Of a stretch of DNA of 32,000 nucleotides, positions 26,956-32,000 are shown in pieces (position 1 is the stretch's first letter; the number at the start of each line of letters is the position of its first letter). A model generated the notes under the pieces. That model saw only the letters and a program-made list of their open reading frames with translations, made no database searches and was not told the origin of the DNA. Both the position numbers and the translations under genes were made by a program. This DNA is from Phycisphaera mikurensis NBRC 102666. Its GTDB lineage: Bacteria > Planctomycetota > Phycisphaerae > Phycisphaerales > Phycisphaeraceae. The stretch lies in the NCBI RefSeq assembly GCF_000284115.1, contig NC_017080.1:1170001-1202000 (forward strand). The letters run 5' to 3'.

Positions 26956-27852
26956 CTACCCGCCCGCGGGGAACTCGCCGAGCAGCTGGAAGCTCCCGGT
27001 GGGCTGCGGCGACCCGCCGGCGGGCTCGTCGGTGATCGCCGCGAGGACGGCGGTGCCCTCGCCGCCGGGGAGCTCCAGCTGCAGCGCGACGCTGCCGTCG
27101 GCCTCCGCGTCGAAGACCGCCAGCGACCGCTTGATGCCCGCGTCGTCCACCGACCACAGCTGGTAGTCCCCGGCGTCGCCGGCCGGCCGCAGCCCCCGCG
27201 CGTAGAGGTAGAACCGGGCGGCGTCGGCGTCCCACAGCAGCCGGGCGTGCGCGGAAGGCTGAGCCGGGGTGCCCGCCAGCACCACCAACTCGACGGCGCG
27301 CGACGCGAGCGCGGTCCGGAGCGACGCGAGGCGGACCCGGTCGGCTTCCAGGGAGAACAGGGCCTCCCGTTGCGCCGCGACCTCGGCCCGCAGCGCCGCG
27401 ATCGTCTGTGCGCGGCTCCGCCGCTCGGCGTCGCTCCAGGCGAAGAAGGCCGCGGCGGTCAGGGCGGCGGCGACGGCGCCGCCGACGAGGCCCCAGGGCC
27501 ATCCGCGAGCGGCGGCGGCGGGGGTTACCCGCCGGCGGGCGGCGGCCGCGGGCACGCCGCCGGCCGTGGCCGTGGCCGTGGCCGCGTCGGCGATGCCCGC
27601 CATCAGCCTCGCCCGCAGCGCCGGCGGCGGCGGGACCGGCTCGAGCGAGCCGGCGAGCGCCGCCAGCGTCGTCTCGGCTTCGCTCCACGCCCGCAGCGCC
27701 GCCGGGTCCCCCGCGTCCAGCAGCGCCTTGGCGCGGACCTGCTCCTCCGGCTCGGCGCGGCCGGCGACGACCACGAGCATCAACGCACGCACCGCGTCGT
27801 CGGGCGTCGGCTCGGGGGTGGCGTCGGGCATCGGGAGGTCGTCGGGGCTCAC
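26956..27852 (-). CDS. Anti-sigma factor, RskA-type
   Basis: Central TM segment; C-terminal YLYARGLRPAGDAGDYQLWSVDDAGIKRSLAVFDAEADG; overlaps the sigma factor gene by 4 nt. Confidence 0.8.
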   Translation of the reverse strand: MSPDDLPMPDATPEPTPDDAVRALMLVVVAGRAEPEEQVRAKALLDAGDPAALRAWSEAETTLAALAGSLEPVPPPPALRARLMAGIADAATATATAGGVPAAAARRRVTPAAAARGWPWGLVGGAVAAALTAAAFFAWSDAERRSRAQTIAALRAEVAAQREALFSLEADRVRLASLRTALASRAVELVVLAGTPAQPSAHARLLWDADAARFYLYARGLRPAGDAGDYQLWSVDDAGIKRSLAVFDAEADGSVALQLELPGGEGTAVLAAITDEPAGGSPQPTGSFQLLGEFPAGG

Positions 27853-28454
27853 CGCTGCTCGCCCCCCCTCTCACGTCGGAGCACGCCGTCGCGGAGCTTG
27901 AGAAGCCCGCGGCGGATGCGGGTCTTGACGGTGCCCAGCGGGAGGCCCAGGGCGTCCGCGATCTCGCGGTGGCTCAGGTCGTCGAAGAAGGAAAGCTCCA
28001 CGGCCCGCCGCTCCGGCTCGCTGAGGGCTCCCAGCGCCGCGTCGATCCGGGCGCGCTGCTCGTCTTGGAGGAGGCCATCGAGCGGTTCCCCCGCCGAGGG
28101 GTCGGCCCGGCCGTCGAGGACGCCGAAGCCGTCGCCCCCGGTGCCCCGGGCCTCCTGCGAGCTGCGCCGCCGTCGGAGCCGATCGATGGCGCGGCTGCGG
28201 CACACGGTCATGAGGTACGTACGCGGCTGGCTCCGCTGCGGATTGAAGCGGTCCGCCCGCTCCCAGAGCTCGTGGAAGACGTCCAGCGTCAGCTGCTCGG
28301 CCTCGGCGTGATCGCGGAGCACCCGCAGGCAGAACGCCATCACCAGCCCGGCGTGCCGGTCGTAGAGCGTCGCGAGCGCCTCGGGCCGCCGCTTTACCAG
28401 CGCGGCCATCAGCACCAGATCGCTGTCGGCCTCGCCTGGTGCGGGGCCCGGCAT
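27849..28454 (-). CDS. ECF-type RNA polymerase sigma factor
   Basis: LATLYDRHAGLVMAFCLRVLRDHAEAEQLTLDVFHELW; SEPERRAVELSFFDDLSHREIADALGLPLGTVKTRIRRGLLKLRD. Confidence 0.9.
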   Translation of the reverse strand: MPGPAPGEADSDLVLMAALVKRRPEALATLYDRHAGLVMAFCLRVLRDHAEAEQLTLDVFHELWERADRFNPQRSQPRTYLMTVCRSRAIDRLRRRRSSQEARGTGGDGFGVLDGRADPSAGEPLDGLLQDEQRARIDAALGALSEPERRAVELSFFDDLSHREIADALGLPLGTVKTRIRRGLLKLRDGVLRRERGGEQR

Positions 28455-28682
28455 CGCGGGGTCGGGATCGGGAGCGGGAGCGGGCAAGGGGCGGGCGACG
28501 GTAGCCCCGCCCCGCGAGCCCGCCCCACGCCGGGGAGGGCGGGGGAACCCTGAATCCGGCCGCCGCCGCCGGCCGTATCCCTTGCCGTCGGGCCGCGCCG
28601 CCACGGGGCGGCCCGCGACGGAGCCACGGCGCGGGAGAAGCCGGTCGCGGCGGCGAAGCGACGGGATCCCGGGGGAGCGGCG

Positions 28683-28716
28683 GGGCCCGCCGCCGCTTCG
28701 CAGAGGCGGCGGGCCC
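28683..28716. terminator. Strong intergenic hairpin between the divergent sigma factor gene and glmS
   Basis: Perfect 12-bp arms GGGCCCGCCGCC / GGCGGCGGGCCC with a 10-nt loop; role unclear because the flanking genes diverge. Confidence 0.4.
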
Positions 28717-28777
28717 GCTCGCGCCCGGCGCCCGGTCCGGGGGCGGTCGATCGCGGGTACCGAGCGGGGCGGTGTCG

Positions 28778-28823
28778 CCGCGGACCGTGGCGTCCTCGGC
28801 TCGTTTCTGCTCGCGGTCCGCGG
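28778..28823. repeat. 46-bp dyad element, copy 6, intergenic upstream of glmS
   Basis: CCGCGGACCG-TGGCGTCCTCGGCTCGTTTCTGCTCG-CGGTCCGCGG. Confidence 0.75.
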
Positions 28824-28887
28824 GCCGGGGTTTAGGCTCTCCGGGCCGCGGTCGGCGCGGCGCCCGCTCCTGCTGGAAGCCCCGCCC

Positions 28888-30870
<1,983 letters not shown>

Positions 30871-30892
30871 GGGGGGCTTCGACAGGCAGGCG

Positions 30893-30948
30893 AAGAAGCG
30901 GGGAAGCGGGGAAGCGAAGAAGCGGGGAAGCGAAGAAGCGAAGAAGCG
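30893..30948. repeat. Seven perfect tandem 8-nt units RRGAAGCG
   Basis: AAGAAGCG GGGAAGCG GGGAAGCG AAGAAGCG GGGAAGCG AAGAAGCG AAGAAGCG. Confidence 0.95.
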
Positions 30949-31514
30949 GCCTGTGCCGGGGCCTGGACACCGGCCTGTGCCGGGGCCTGGACACCGCGTA
31001 CCCGCGTACCCGCGTACTGGGGCCTGGACACCGCGTACCGGGGCCTGGACACCGCGTACCGGGCCTCGAGAACATGGCCTGCGGGGTGCCGGGGGTGCCG
31101 GGGCCTGGACACCGCGGCCTGTGCCGGGGCCTGGACACCGCGTATCCGGAGATGAAGCACGGCCCGATCGCGCTGATCGACGAGGGCATGCCGGTGGTGT
31201 TCGTCGCGACCGGCGGCAGCCAGTACAGCAAGGTGATCTCCAACATCGGCCTGTGCCGGGGCCTGGCCTGTGCCGAGGCCTGGACACCGCGTACCCGCGT
31301 ACCGGCGTACCGGGGCCTGCGGCGTACCGGGGCCTGGACACCGCGTACCGGGCCTCGAGAACGTGGCCTGTGCCGGGGCCTGGACACCGCGTACCCGCGT
31401 ACCCGCGTACCGTACCGGGGCCTGGACACCGCGTACCGGGCCTCGAGAACGTGGCCTGTGCCGGGCCTGTGCCGGGGCCTGGACACCGCGTGGTGGACAC
31501 CGCGTGGGGACACT
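30949..31514. repeat. Mosaic GC-rich repeat array made of a few short modules
   Basis: About 11 copies of CTGGACACCG mixed with CCTGTGCCGG, CGTACC(CGCGTACC)n and three GGGCCTCGAGAACRTGGCCTG blocks. Confidence 0.93.
31147..31248 (+). repeat. 102-nt duplicate of an internal glmS segment embedded in the array
   Basis: Matches 30542-30643 with one difference (C30570 versus G31175), offset 605 nt. Confidence 0.97.
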
Positions 31515-31621
31515 GCATCAGGCCGCAACACCGCAGGGGGCGTTGCTTCTTCGAGACGGTTTCTGTACGGTCCTCCTGCCGGGTCGCCCGACCCGCTTCT
31601 CGCTCCTTCCGGAGGCTCCCT

Positions 31622-32000
31622 GTGGCACGCCGCAACCGCTGCCTGATCGTCGACCCCGACCTCCCGCAGGCGTGGCACGTCAGCAACCGCTGTGCGAGGT
31701 CTCTGTTCCTGCTGGAGCCCGAGGCACAAGACCGCGGGGATCGCGAGCCGGAGGACCACCGCAAGGAGCTGCTGCTGGCGAGGCTGGAGAAGCTGGTGGC
31801 GGTCAGCTCCATCGAGGTGCTGGCCTTCAGCGTCATGGGCAACCACCTGCACCTGGTCCTGCGCAACGTGCCCGAGGTCGGCCACGCCTGGTCGCCGCGG
31901 GAGGTGCTGGACCGCTGGCTCGCCCTGCACCCGCTGCGGAACCGCCAGGGCCCGCGGGAGCCCGAGGCCGGCGAGCTGGAGGCGCTGGTGGCCGACGAAG
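31622..32000 (+). mobile_element. Y1 (HUH) transposase, REP-associated/RAYT-like, 3'-truncated by the window edge
   Basis: GTG start with GGAGG upstream; VARRNRCLIVDPDLPQAWHVSNRCARSLFLLEP...; HUH motif in FSVMGNHLHLVL. Confidence 0.8.

Noticed and set aside
28683-28887. glmS ribozyme upstream of glmS
   Set aside because: No recognisable ribozyme consensus could be read, and this class is mainly known from Gram-positive bacteria; an Infernal search would settle it.
30949-31514. CRISPR array interpretation
   Set aside because: Repeats are short, variably ordered and not separated by constant-length unique spacers; no cas genes in the window.

Overview
High-GC bacterial window. Style and gene content resemble a Phycisphaerae-type planctomycete (inference from PEP-CTERM proteins, DUF1559/PulG-like prepilins and a GPH symporter/GH mix). 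The left half holds two minus-strand glycan-utilisation gene sets. One has a BNR/GH74-like protein, a prepilin-like protein, a secreted protein, a GntR-HTH/LacI-sensor regulator and a PEP-CTERM protein. The other has a putative aspartic-protease-like PEP-CTERM protein, a GPH symporter, a GH53 galactanase, a prepilin-like protein and a secreted protein. A 5'-truncated GH2 gene lies to their left. The right half holds a P-loop ATPase, a lipoprotein-like methyltransferase, an MFS transporter, lhgO, a UPF0104/flippase-like protein, a secreted prenyltransferase-repeat protein, tRNA-Tyr, a ClC-CBS channel, a metallophosphoesterase, an RskA/ECF sigma pair, glmS and a partial Y1 (HUH, RAYT-like) transposase. 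Two features are not explained by genes. (1) A dispersed 46-bp dyad element, CCGCGGACCG-N26-CGGTCCGCGG, has six copies (five with exact arms, one with a single arm mismatch). The interior has fixed length but variable sequence, and the copies sit at stop codons, in protein linkers, after a signal peptide or between genes. (2) A roughly 0.6 kb mosaic repeat array between glmS and the Y1 transposase contains a 102-nt near-identical copy (101/102) of an internal glmS segment and is preceded by seven perfect 8-nt units. All calls come from reading the sequence and supplied ORFs; no searches were run.
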